A stretch of DNA of 64,000 nucleotides from a virus. Below the pieces are notes generated by a model. The model saw nothing but the letters and a program-made list of their open reading frames with translations. It searched no databases and was not told the DNA's origin. A program made the position numbers and the translations under genes. Shown here piece after piece: positions 42,295-53,600 of this stretch; within the stretch, counting starts at the first letter, position 1, and the number at the start of each line of letters is the position of its first letter. The stretch lies in IMG/VR virus record IMGVR_UViG_3300025840_000013; one strand, 5' to 3'.

Positions 42295-45200
42295 ATGGCA
42301 ATAAATTTAAACGTCACTCCCTATCACGATGACTATGATATTGATAAAGGGTACTTGAGGGTATTGTATAAGCCTGGAAATTCTGTACAGGCAAGAGAAT
42401 TAACGCAACAACAAACAATCTTACAACAACAAATTGCAAACATGGGAGATCACTTCTTTAAAGAAGGTTCTATGGTTATCCCTGGCAGTTCTGCTGTAGA
42501 TGTTGCTGTTCCTTATATCAAAGTGACTCTTGCTGAAGGACTTACCACTGCTGCAGAATTTGTCGGCAAAGTAATTCAAGGTAATAAGACAGGGATCAGG
42601 GCGATTGTCATTTCTTATGCTGATGCTGTTGATTTAAATCAAGATGCACAGATTGATGATAATGATGAACCAACAACACTGTTTGTAAAATATCTTGATG
42701 GTGTTGCTGGAGGCCAAAGAGTAGTAGATGGTGTTACACTTGAAATTGATGATGAAAATGGAATCGATTTTGTTGTTAATGGAAATACTGTAAATTTAAA
42801 AGAGGGTGATACTTCATCCTTCGTAGAGGGAGAGGTTCTAACTGCATCAAATGATGATGGTTTAAATTTAATCGCAACAGTTGCACTTAGTTCCGACCAT
42901 GCAGATCCTTTAGGTAAGGGTTCTCTTGCATTTGTTGAAGAAGGAATTTATTACACTCAGGGGTTTATGGTCAAAAACCAATCACAAAGTGTAATTCTAG
43001 ACAAATATGATGACACTCCTAGTTATAAAATTGGATTTGAAATACAAGAAACGGTTGTAAGTGCAAACGAAGATCCATCTCTTTTTGATAACGCACAGGG
43101 AACAACAAATTACAACGCCCCTGGCGCCGATAGATATCGAATCAATCTCGTATGGAGTAAAAGAACATTAGATACTCCAACAACAGATAACTTTATAGAA
43201 ATTATTACCGTTCAAGACGGTATTATTAAAACACATGTTAGAAATACAGAATATTCAGTAATTACCGATGTACTTGCAAGAAGAACTTATGATGAGTCTG
43301 GTGATTATACGGTTCGCCCATTCAATTTAGACATTAGAGAGTATTTCAAAGAAAATGGAAATGGTGGTGTATACACCATGAAAAATTTTGAATTTGATAC
43401 CGAAGTGGCAGCAAAAGATTTCGCACTAAAGAATTTTACAGATGAAGATGGAATGGTCGATCAAAATGGAAACGGACTTGCTCATACAGTAAGTGCATTA
43501 GAACTTATAAAATTTTCTGATCAAAATTTGGATTCGACTGGATTAAAATATTACCCAGGCTCAAGTCATCAATTTTTAGTTGATGCAGTAAGAAATTATC
43601 TTGCACTTGGAGTTGAGAGTGGAAAGGCCTATGTTAGAGGTTATGAAATTACCAAAACGGCCACTACATACATTCCTTATAAAAGGTCGAGAGAAAATTA
43701 TCAAGTAAACAATCATTATATTCCTGTCGATCTGGGCCCATACATCTACATTACAGATGCAAAAGGACTTCCACTGATAGATGAAGAAGTTAAACTTGTT
43801 AATATGAACATTTCTCCAGTAATTAATGAAGATTACACAATTGTAACATCGAATTTAGATGATGCTGATACTGCATATTTCCAACCAGTACAATATGACG
43901 AAGATTTGACATTTTTTGCTGGTGGCGGCACTAACTTGGGCGCAAATGCATATGGTATTGATGTAATTGCAAATGCAAAAGTTAAGGCGATAGAATATTT
44001 TACAGATTCCGATGATGATTCAATTGATGACAACTACGGAACTTCTACTTTTAGGCCTTCAAATACATCCGTTGAAACTGGAATATGGAAAGTTTTTCTA
44101 TATGACATCGAATATGAAATTAATCCAAGAACAAATGTTCCTTATACTATGTTGGATGCAAGGTCTATTGTTTCAAATGAAGAAGTTGTTCCAACAACAT
44201 TAGGTGGTTCAATTTATAGATTTGGCGCTAACGTATTAACACTGATGTCATTGTCGGATGTGCAGGGACAGTTTACACTAAAATCTCTCATCTATGATAG
44301 ATATGATAGAGATGTAAGAGCAATTAACTATTATTATAACTCTGCAGATCAGTTCCTATTGGTAAAAAATCTTAATTCTGGAAATGGATTGTCTACAGAA
44401 TCGGGAGTATTGCCTAGTGCAACCTTTGTTACAAATGAACTTATTAACGAGGCGATTGCCAGTGGTTCTGCTGGGACAGATACTACATCTTTTGATGGTA
44501 ATGCATCTGCTGATATGACAGGAACTCAGGCAAGGATTACTGGTAAATTTGCACTTTTGTCAGATGGTGGTGCAAGTATTGTTGATACTGGTAAAAGATT
44601 TTTGCAAACTGTTAGATTTGTTGATGATGAAAGTGGAAGAGAAACAGTAGATACTCAATACGATGTACTGAAAGTATTTGAAGATCAAACAGTTACAGCC
44701 AATGGACAGCTTGTTTTAACCGCAACAGATGATAACTCATTCTTTATTTCAACTCAAAGTTTATATTTGGCATTTGATAGGGCAGATTTGAATTCTTCTG
44801 TAGGTGAAATTGGTAGAATTACAAGTATTTCATTTTCTTCTGATAGAAGAACTGCCACTCTTAATGTCACAAATTTGCCCGCAGGAACAACTGGGGTAAC
44901 TGTATACGCACCAATCAAAAAGACTTCTTCCAGAGAAAAAATTAAAACTTTGAGAGAAAATCAGTTACATTTGCCTTACACCTTAGTGGATGCAATTGGA
45001 CAAACAATTGGACAAACTGACTATGATAATGTAAACGATGCAAATAACGATACATCTCTAAGTTATGATGTAGATTTATTAGGATCAAATTCTAGTGTTG
45101 CAACAGGAGTTGTGAATTCTTCAATTCCTACTGGCGCAAATAATGATCTTATTCTTAGTGTGTCTAATTTTCAATTACCACATTCAGATGTATATGAAAT

Positions 45201-48200
45201 CAAAAAAATATATGACACTTGTAATGTAAACAATACTTCTTATAGAATTTCAATTGAATCAAATGACAGAAAATTCCTACATGAAATGACAGAGGCAGAT
45301 TTTGAATTTGCACTGAAAGCCTATACTTTTTATGAAACGACTGGCGCCTCTCCATTTTCTGTTGATTTAGATCATACTGTATATCCAACTCTTGTTAGTA
45401 TTCAACCGCAACTGACTGTTGATGGTACAGTAAATCCATTTAAGGAAGAAATCGAAGAATTATGGTTGAGTAATGTTGGTATCGAAACTCCTGCAGAAGT
45501 TCCTGTTAAAATTAATGATATTACTGATAGATATACTTTATTTTCTGGACAAAGACATTCTATCATTCAATTGGGCGAATTAGAACTAAAGGCTGGTACA
45601 TTACCATGTGGCGGCCGCCCCATTATTATTTACTCTTATTTTGAACACGGCACAGGCGATTATGCATCCGTAGACTCATATGTTAATATCCCATATCATA
45701 AAATCCCAATTTTTGAGGGTGTTAGATTACACAGTACATTAGACTTTAGACCTGCTGCAACTTATCAACAACTGTCTGGGTATCCATATGGTAAGGGTGT
45801 TGTTTCTGGAATTTCTGATTATCCAATCGATGCGAGTGCAATCAGTGCAGATATGCGTATCTATTTTGGTAGAGCGGATAAACTTTACATGGATAAGTTT
45901 GGAAACATTAATGTGAAGTATGGTGCTCCTTCTGAAACTCCTGTTTTCCCAACAGATCCAGAAGATGGAATGGTATTATACACATTAGAAACACTACCAT
46001 ATACTGGTGTTCCTAAAGATGTTAGTGCGAAAATGATTGACAATAGAAGATATACCATGAGAGATATTGGTAAACTTGATAAGAGAATTACTAATTTAGA
46101 ATATTATACTTCTTTAAATCTTTTAGAAAAAGAAACTAAAGACTTGTTGGTTACGGACGAAAATGGACTTGATAGATTTAAGAATGGATTTGTAGTTGAA
46201 AACTTTACTGGTTTTGGAACTGCAAACGTTTATGATTCTGATTTTAACGCTTCTATGGATACAGGAAAGGGTGAGTTGCGTCCGTTTTTTACTACCTCAA
46301 ACATTCCAATGCATTTAGATTTTGTAAACTCTGAGGGATTTGAAGTTTCGGGTAGATGGGCGTCACTTCCATATACGAGTCAGTTATTAATCGAACAAAG
46401 AAAATCTTCAAAAACTGTAAATGTAAACCCATTTGCAATTTTTAGTTTTAAGGGTTCTATGGTACTTGTACCTTCTACGGACAACTGGCATGACGATCCA
46501 AAGTATTTGGATACAATTACAATTAATGAACGAGGAAACACAGATAATTTTGAAGAACTTGCACAGAGGTCAGGAATTCTTGGAACCGTTTGGGGCTCTT
46601 GGGAAACGACATGGACTGGTGCAACTAATCAGGCAACAAATACAAGTTCTCGTACCGAATCTAGTGGAAACAATGACCGCACAGTAACAACTACAACTAA
46701 TACTTGGAATGATACAGGAACAAGAACAAGAACAGGTGTTACAACATCACTTAACGAAAGTTGGACTCCAGTTACTACAGATAAACTGGTCAGTACTGAA
46801 CAAATTCCATTTATTCGTACTAGAGATGTATATTTTAAAGCCACTGGGATGAAACCAAATACAAAGTTGTTTGCATTCTTTGACAATACACCAGTTAGTG
46901 ATTATGTTACTCCGATAAAAACATTAAATATTACAAATGTTCCGCCGGCAACAGCGCAATATATTAAAAACAATAGAAATATATTTGCAGATCAATATGG
47001 TGAATTGAAATTGCGTGGACAATCTACTGCACATGAAATCTTTGTTGCAGATATTGATTATTTGGATGCAACTTCTCTAAAACTTTATGTATTGGATAAT
47101 GTGCCTGGCAAAAGTAATAGTTCTTTCAGTTTAGGAGAGGTTCTATTCTTAGTTGAACGAGATGGGAAATCTCATAACATTGGAAGCTTCCCAAATGAAG
47201 GTATTGTTGGTGGTTCTGCTTTAAGATCAGACTCAGCTGGTACTGTTTACGGTAACTTTTCAATTCCAAATAACAACCAAACTCCAAATGATGATGATTT
47301 GAAATTCAGAACTGGAGAAAGGGTGTTTAAGTTATGCGATCAACCAAACGGAAATCTAGATGATTCCGATACGGATACGAATGCAACATATACTGCAAGA
47401 GGAATCATTGAAACTAGACAAAAAACAACCGTAAATACAAGAACAGTTGAAATTGTTGATACAGTAACCAGTTCGACAGAAGATGTTGTTTCAGAATTAC
47501 GTTCAAGTAGTAATTCTAGTTTTGGTCAATGGAGACAAGTTCGTGGATGGGGTGACCCACTTGCACAATCATTTTTGGTTGATGTAGAGGGCGGCGCCTT
47601 CATTACAAGTGCGGAGATTTTCTTCTCTGCAAAAGACGAAGTTGTTCCAGTGACTCTGCAAATAAGAAATATGGTTAATGGATATCCTGGCCAATATATA
47701 CTTGGTGAAAAGATGTTAGATCCAAGACAAGATTTAATTCAACTTTCGGATGATGGTTCTTTAGAAACAATATTTACCTTTGATGAACCAGTATATTTGG
47801 AAGAGGCAACAGAATACTGCCTTGTATTAATTGCAAATACGCAAGGATATAGAGTTCATGTTGCAACATTAGGACAAGAGGCACTTGATGGATCTGGAAT
47901 TATTTCTGAACAACCTTATGCTGGTGTTTTCTTTAAATCTCAAAATGCTTCTACATGGACTGCAGAACAAAAAGAAGATTTAAAATTCACACTTTCTAGA
48001 GCAAAATTTGATATTAATAAAGATAGTAGTCTATATTTCACAAATTCCGAAATAGATGTTGGAATGTCCGATATTAATGTTATGGAGAGAATATTTGATG
48101 ATAACGCAATGTTTGTTCATAAAGATAGTTCTCTTATTACATTTACTGTAAATGATAGTTCTGGATGTGTCCCAACAAGTTTCTGGCAACCAAACGGATA

Positions 48201-49230
48201 TAATTATGTTACTCTTAAAAATTTCCATGGGACTTACGACCAATATAGCGCTGCAGATTTAAATGGTTCGCATTTGGTTGTTGCAACAACTCATAATTCG
48301 TTTACTATCGATATGAGAGGTTTTTTCTATCCAGAAGGAGTGCAGTCAGCAAGAATTGCCCATGGTGGAACCATTCCATCAGTTGACTCTATATTTACTC
48401 CTGCATCAAATACATTTTCGCAGTTTAGACAAAAGAAACCAGCTAGTTGGTGTACTAATATTAAATATGATTTAATGAAACCTAACATTACATCTGTTGA
48501 ACTAGCTGGTACTGGTATTTCGATGAAATTTAAAGCATTGACAGGTACATCGCAGGATTCGACAGAGGCGCCAGGGGTTAAAGACTTAAGTTTCAGAGGA
48601 ATTACACCAAATCAAAACTATGCATTTAATAGACCAATGATGGTTGCAGACAATTATAATGAGACTGTTTTTGATACATCTACGAATTCCCTTGACAAAA
48701 AGTCATTGATCTGGAAGGTAGACTTAGTTTCTAATAAGGACAATCTGAGTCCTATTATCGACTTAGAAAGAATTGCTGCCGTATTGGTATCTAATGTAAC
48801 AAATAGTGCTGAAAATGTTCCTAGTGGAGTTAGAGGACATGTCAATACTGGATTTGTTGATGAAACGAGTCCACACGGTGGTTCAGCTGCAACTAAGTAT
48901 ATGACAAGAGAAATTAAATTAGATCAGTCATCAACATCACTAAAAATTATAGGTTCAGTTTATCGCCCAGATGTAACAGATGTAGATTTTTACTATAAGA
49001 TTAAAACATCACCAGATCAGAATTTTGAAAAACTTAATTATGTATTACTTGACCGTCCTGCCGTTTATGATAAGGCATCTAGAGATGTTTCAGATTATAA
49101 AGAATTTGATTACGAAGTAAGAAATTTACCAGAATTTAATTCTGTAGCAATCAAAATTGTTCTTAAGAGTAAAAACTCTAGTGTTGTACCAAAAGTCAGA
49201 GACTTTAGAGTTATTGCATTGGCAACTTAA
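42295..49230 (+). CDS. large virion structural protein (DUF4815/VrlC-like)
   Basis: PYHDDY, QARELTQ, APGADRY, RRTYDESGDY, YTMRDIG, RFKNGF, DPLAQSF, FKSQNASTW. Confidence 0.85.
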   Translation: MAINLNVTPYHDDYDIDKGYLRVLYKPGNSVQARELTQQQTILQQQIANMGDHFFKEGSMVIPGSSAVDVAVPYIKVTLAEGLTTAAEFVGKVIQGNKTGIRAIVISYADAVDLNQDAQIDDNDEPTTLFVKYLDGVAGGQRVVDGVTLEIDDENGIDFVVNGNTVNLKEGDTSSFVEGEVLTASNDDGLNLIATVALSSDHADPLGKGSLAFVEEGIYYTQGFMVKNQSQSVILDKYDDTPSYKIGFEIQETVVSANEDPSLFDNAQGTTNYNAPGADRYRINLVWSKRTLDTPTTDNFIEIITVQDGIIKTHVRNTEYSVITDVLARRTYDESGDYTVRPFNLDIREYFKENGNGGVYTMKNFEFDTEVAAKDFALKNFTDEDGMVDQNGNGLAHTVSALELIKFSDQNLDSTGLKYYPGSSHQFLVDAVRNYLALGVESGKAYVRGYEITKTATTYIPYKRSRENYQVNNHYIPVDLGPYIYITDAKGLPLIDEEVKLVNMNISPVINEDYTIVTSNLDDADTAYFQPVQYDEDLTFFAGGGTNLGANAYGIDVIANAKVKAIEYFTDSDDDSIDDNYGTSTFRPSNTSVETGIWKVFLYDIEYEINPRTNVPYTMLDARSIVSNEEVVPTTLGGSIYRFGANVLTLMSLSDVQGQFTLKSLIYDRYDRDVRAINYYYNSADQFLLVKNLNSGNGLSTESGVLPSATFVTNELINEAIASGSAGTDTTSFDGNASADMTGTQARITGKFALLSDGGASIVDTGKRFLQTVRFVDDESGRETVDTQYDVLKVFEDQTVTANGQLVLTATDDNSFFISTQSLYLAFDRADLNSSVGEIGRITSISFSSDRRTATLNVTNLPAGTTGVTVYAPIKKTSSREKIKTLRENQLHLPYTLVDAIGQTIGQTDYDNVNDANNDTSLSYDVDLLGSNSSVATGVVNSSIPTGANNDLILSVSNFQLPHSDVYEIKKIYDTCNVNNTSYRISIESNDRKFLHEMTEADFEFALKAYTFYETTGASPFSVDLDHTVYPTLVSIQPQLTVDGTVNPFKEEIEELWLSNVGIETPAEVPVKINDITDRYTLFSGQRHSIIQLGELELKAGTLPCGGRPIIIYSYFEHGTGDYASVDSYVNIPYHKIPIFEGVRLHSTLDFRPAATYQQLSGYPYGKGVVSGISDYPIDASAISADMRIYFGRADKLYMDKFGNINVKYGAPSETPVFPTDPEDGMVLYTLETLPYTGVPKDVSAKMIDNRRYTMRDIGKLDKRITNLEYYTSLNLLEKETKDLLVTDENGLDRFKNGFVVENFTGFGTANVYDSDFNASMDTGKGELRPFFTTSNIPMHLDFVNSEGFEVSGRWASLPYTSQLLIEQRKSSKTVNVNPFAIFSFKGSMVLVPSTDNWHDDPKYLDTITINERGNTDNFEELAQRSGILGTVWGSWETTWTGATNQATNTSSRTESSGNNDRTVTTTTNTWNDTGTRTRTGVTTSLNESWTPVTTDKLVSTEQIPFIRTRDVYFKATGMKPNTKLFAFFDNTPVSDYVTPIKTLNITNVPPATAQYIKNNRNIFADQYGELKLRGQSTAHEIFVADIDYLDATSLKLYVLDNVPGKSNSSFSLGEVLFLVERDGKSHNIGSFPNEGIVGGSALRSDSAGTVYGNFSIPNNNQTPNDDDLKFRTGERVFKLCDQPNGNLDDSDTDTNATYTARGIIETRQKTTVNTRTVEIVDTVTSSTEDVVSELRSSSNSSFGQWRQVRGWGDPLAQSFLVDVEGGAFITSAEIFFSAKDEVVPVTLQIRNMVNGYPGQYILGEKMLDPRQDLIQLSDDGSLETIFTFDEPVYLEEATEYCLVLIANTQGYRVHVATLGQEALDGSGIISEQPYAGVFFKSQNASTWTAEQKEDLKFTLSRAKFDINKDSSLYFTNSEIDVGMSDINVMERIFDDNAMFVHKDSSLITFTVNDSSGCVPTSFWQPNGYNYVTLKNFHGTYDQYSAADLNGSHLVVATTHNSFTIDMRGFFYPEGVQSARIAHGGTIPSVDSIFTPASNTFSQFRQKKPASWCTNIKYDLMKPNITSVELAGTGISMKFKALTGTSQDSTEAPGVKDLSFRGITPNQNYAFNRPMMVADNYNETVFDTSTNSLDKKSLIWKVDLVSNKDNLSPIIDLERIAAVLVSNVTNSAENVPSGVRGHVNTGFVDETSPHGGSAATKYMTREIKLDQSSTSLKIIGSVYRPDVTDVDFYYKIKTSPDQNFEKLNYVLLDRPAVYDKASRDVSDYKEFDYEVRNLPEFNSVAIKIVLKSKNSSVVPKVRDFRVIALAT

Positions 49231-49443
49231 TTGGAGAATATAATGAGACTAAAAGTTAAGGGTAATAAAGATCTTGTCAGAGATACGAACTCACAGGCGA
49301 TAATAAATACTGATAACAATGGTTATAATAATTTTATCAGAAGGTCTAATGCACTTAGAAGGCGTGACGATGAAATAAAAGATTTACAACAAGAAATGAA
49401 TGAAATAAAAAACACACTAAACTTAATATTGGAGAAACTTTAA
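49231..49443 (+). CDS. small virion-module protein
   Basis: LVRDTNSQAIINTD plus coiled coil; probable start at the internal ATG after GGAG. Confidence 0.75.
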   Translation: MENIMRLKVKGNKDLVRDTNSQAIINTDNNGYNNFIRRSNALRRRDDEIKDLQQEMNEIKNTLNLILEKL

Positions 49444-50643
49444 ATGGCCGTAGAATATCCATCCCTTGTAGATGTGTTGACAACAGACACCTTTGAAGAG
49501 TGGAGAGTCAAAACTAATAATTTCAAAGCTTATGCCGAGGCAGCGGCTGCAAATATTGGTAATCTCGCATTCTTAGAAACTGATGCACAGTCTACAATCG
49601 TTGACGCAATCAACGAAGTAAACACTCATACAGATATCAATACTAGAAATATTGGTAACATGTCTACTCTTGACCCAGAAAATCGTGGGTGGAGAAGAGA
49701 TAATCTTGTAGACACAATTAATGCAGAAAATCAATGGTCTGTAGAATACACAGACGATGAGGTAGAAAAAGAAAGAAATGCACGAATTGCAGCAGACAAT
49801 GCCCTACAGGCAGAATTAGATGTAACTCAGAATGCTGCCGGATTAAACGCTGACGGAACATATTCATTAATTTCTACGGCAACATATGTTCCTGCTGCGA
49901 CTAGTCTTAGACAGGGAATTAGTCTTTTAGATACCACTTTGAAAACTAAATCTGATTTGTTAGATAGATTAAATATTACAGTTGGTGGTGGTGCTCTTAC
50001 TGGACAGTTTGATTATGATGGTTTGGGTGTTAATTATCTTTCTACAGACAGTGATAATAATGCAGTAGTAAAGACAAATCTTGTTGAATTAGATACTGCA
50101 GTAAAAGTTAATGAGGACGATATCACTTCATTAGAATCTAAAACAACTAGATTGGAAAATGTACAAAACTTCTTGAAACACTCAGTGGGTACAAACAATG
50201 ATGGTGTATACGATGCAGTATTATCAAATAATTATGCAGACTACGGTACTGTAAAAGAAAACATAAACATTCTTGATTCCACATTGAAATTGGTTAATGA
50301 TGAAGTTTTTGGAAGTCTTAAAGATAGAGTTGACAATATTGTAACTGATTTAGAAACCAAAGAAGATAAGTTAATTGTAAGAGGGCCTGGCGCTACTGAT
50401 GCAGACCCACTTGGTAACTTGAATAGTGGTGTCGGTGATACTACTTCAATTGTTAATGCCATTAATGCACTATATCAACAGGTTCTTCCATTAATTACCG
50501 ACCACAACGCTGGTGGATATGTTAAGAAAACTGGCGATACAATGTCTGGAACACTAACAATCGAAGGTGCAGATCTCAAAGTTACTGGAAATCAGTCGCT
50601 GAAAATTGAATGTAGTGGTGATATTATTGCATTCCAAGTTTAA
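49444..50643 (+). CDS. fibritin/neck- or fibre-like coiled-coil protein
   Basis: DTFEEWRVKTN N-terminus, IVDAINE repeats, YVKKTGDTMSG fibre motif, GDIIAF. Confidence 0.7.
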   Translation: MAVEYPSLVDVLTTDTFEEWRVKTNNFKAYAEAAAANIGNLAFLETDAQSTIVDAINEVNTHTDINTRNIGNMSTLDPENRGWRRDNLVDTINAENQWSVEYTDDEVEKERNARIAADNALQAELDVTQNAAGLNADGTYSLISTATYVPAATSLRQGISLLDTTLKTKSDLLDRLNITVGGGALTGQFDYDGLGVNYLSTDSDNNAVVKTNLVELDTAVKVNEDDITSLESKTTRLENVQNFLKHSVGTNNDGVYDAVLSNNYADYGTVKENINILDSTLKLVNDEVFGSLKDRVDNIVTDLETKEDKLIVRGPGATDADPLGNLNSGVGDTTSIVNAINALYQQVLPLITDHNAGGYVKKTGDTMSGTLTIEGADLKVTGNQSLKIECSGDIIAFQV

Positions 50644-50671
50644 TTAATTAGTAAGAGAAGAGAATTCTAAC

Positions 50672-53600
50672 ATGGCAATACCAGCAGACGGCAGACTGAA
50701 AATGACGCACATTGTTGCGGAGTTTAAACCAGTAAATAACTCCGCACCCCATTCTCTGTCTGAATATTATAGAGGTGGTGGTAATGTTCCAGATAGATTT
50801 AATAATAGAAATATTCCTGTTGGGCCCAGAGGGCGTACAATAAAATATTCTGATTTCCGTGGAACATCTGATGCAACACTTCCTTATAATATTTTAATTC
50901 CTACCATATGTGTTGAAGACGCATGGAAATATATGCGCCTTAGAGATGGAACATTTATGACTAGGTGGGATCAGATTAATGATAATAATACCGTCTATTT
51001 CACAAGAAATGAAGAACTTGGTTCTGTAAGAATTGATACTCCACAAGATTGGGAATATGTTAAGTTAACTATTCCTGCAATGAGTTTCAAGATGGGAACT
51101 GAAGAAGGATTTGAGCAAGTTGGGTATGAACAACACTGGTCTAACAAAGTAGACAATCAACAAGTCTTTGAGGCTGGTGATTGGAAAATTAGAATTCCAA
51201 AAGGATACAGAAGACTTAGAATTTTAGCAACTGGTGCCGGTGGTTCTGGTTCTTCACAATATATTCCTGGCCAACCTACTGTAGAAGATTATGTTCGTGA
51301 AGGATTGGTAGGTACGGAAGACCAAGGATTTGCTGGCGAAGACACAACTATTACAATGCCAAATAATCAGAAGATTAAAATTTTTGGTGGTATTGGTGGT
51401 AAACTTTCAAATGCAACAGGAGAGTCTACAACAATTCGTGGCGAGACTACTGATACACTTCAAACAGAGACTGGAACAGTAACACTTGCAAGTGGTTTTT
51501 CAGAAACTGATTATGCCGAAGGTAAGTACAATGGTTCATATATTTTAGAAACTAATGACTCAAACTACCAATTTTATTGGCAAAACCAACTTCTTGCAAC
51601 ATCAAATGATATTTCAGAAGATGTTAGAGATAGTTCTGGTTGGTTGTATACTTCAACTTCTGAAGTTATTGATGAAGATCCTCAAGGTACATTAAAGTGG
51701 TATAAGGTATCTAGAGTTAAAAGTTTAGAAGTCTCTGCAGAAGTTACGGATAGAATATACAATAGTATGTTGGAAAGAAACGCTAATGCAACAGAGAAAT
51801 CTAGACATGTAAACTCAGATACTGTGGTGGATGTCATTCGTTATATACAGGGAAGAACTGGATTTGTTGATGTTATCGCTGCAAACCCAGACTTTGGGCC
51901 CAACACATTTTCAACTACAGATGGATTTAAATATTTACTTGCTCAAGCAAGTAGTTTGTCTACAAGTACAACAACGAATATTCCAAATTATTCTGGCACC
52001 GATACTGGTACTATTAATACCAGTGGTAATCTCTATCAACACAAAGTTTATGCAGAAAATGGTACAACTGCCAATAATAATCAAACAACAACTACAACTA
52101 TATCAAATGTGGCAGATAATTTACTTTTGACTTTTGAACATCTTGGCGATACCACTTTTGCATACAATGCGAATTTTCTTTTCCCAATTAGAAATGTCCG
52201 AGGCACAATCTCTAATGGATTTCCTGCACTGGGAGAATATGTATTTACAGATATCGATGGCCAGAATTACTACAGAGGCGAAATAATTGGTGTAAGTGAT
52301 GGCTTCATCGATACCACAAGGGTTGGTTTTGACGAAGACTTCACCGAGGGCCAATCAGGTTTTGCCGAGATAACGTATTCTGCTTGGACTGCATCTACAC
52401 AAACCACTGAAGTAACATCTACTACCGCAAATACTCCTATTGCAGCAAATTCTGCCGCAACAAATTCTGAGTTTGTTGTTTCAAGTAGTGGTAATTTTTA
52501 TTATGAATATAATGCATACTTACAAAATACTACGCAGAGTGTTCGCCCAGAATTAGAAATTTATGTGAACGGTGTTCGTCAAGTTAATTATACTGGATCA
52601 AGTGCTCCCACTCTAACAGGAAATCAAGGAGAAATTAGACTTGCTTCTGGTAGATTGAATATTACAAATCCAGACTCTACAGTTAAAGTTGTTACTGATT
52701 TAAAAACGGTGACTACATCTGCAATTCTACCAGAAATTGATGGTGGTGGGTTTAGTACTATTGCACGAAGTGGAACGCACGATTTACCACTTGGTGCAAC
52801 TGGCCAACCCGCTGGTAAGGGTATCTTTATTTGGGGTCATAATTTTTTTGCATCTCAGAAATTATACACCGATGTGAATGGAAATGTCAGTGTTGTTCAC
52901 CAATCTTCTTCAGACCCCGAATATTGGTTCTTTATGACAACAGAAGAAGATGCAGGGCAATTTTATACTCCAGCATCTTATGGTACAGAACGAATATTTG
53001 TTGGAGTTCACAACGCTGGAAAATCAGTATATGTTTGGGGTAAAAACTATTTTAGATCATATACCTTTAGTGTTGATAATGATGGTTACTTTTCTTTCAT
53101 ACATCCATCGTCAAGTGACAGAGAACAATGGTACTATGCGATTGGTAAAAGAGGTGCGAATTTTACAACCCCAGCTGAATCTGGAACTTATACATTAGAA
53201 CTTGATGCCACTTATGCAGGAATGGAAGTTATAGTTTGGTCTAAAAACTTCTGGGGTATAAACGGACGCTTAACGCCTACTTCTACTAGTCCTGCTCCAA
53301 GACATCTTGTTTTTGACTCTGAGGGTAAGGTTGAATTGTCCCATTGGTCATCTTCAGATGATGAACAGTGGTACTGGTGTGTTACGGATGGTGGCACTAC
53401 ATCACAACCAGCTGGAGTTGGTGGTGTTTCAATGAATAGTTTCACACTAGAAACTTCACTGGACACAGATACAATCGATAAAATTTATCAAAAATATGTT
53501 GGAAGAAACTCTAATGTAATTGACAGAGACCTTTTCCGTCAACAAAATTATACAGTATTCCAAGGAATCAATTATGTTGTTGGTACTGCCGAATACGCCG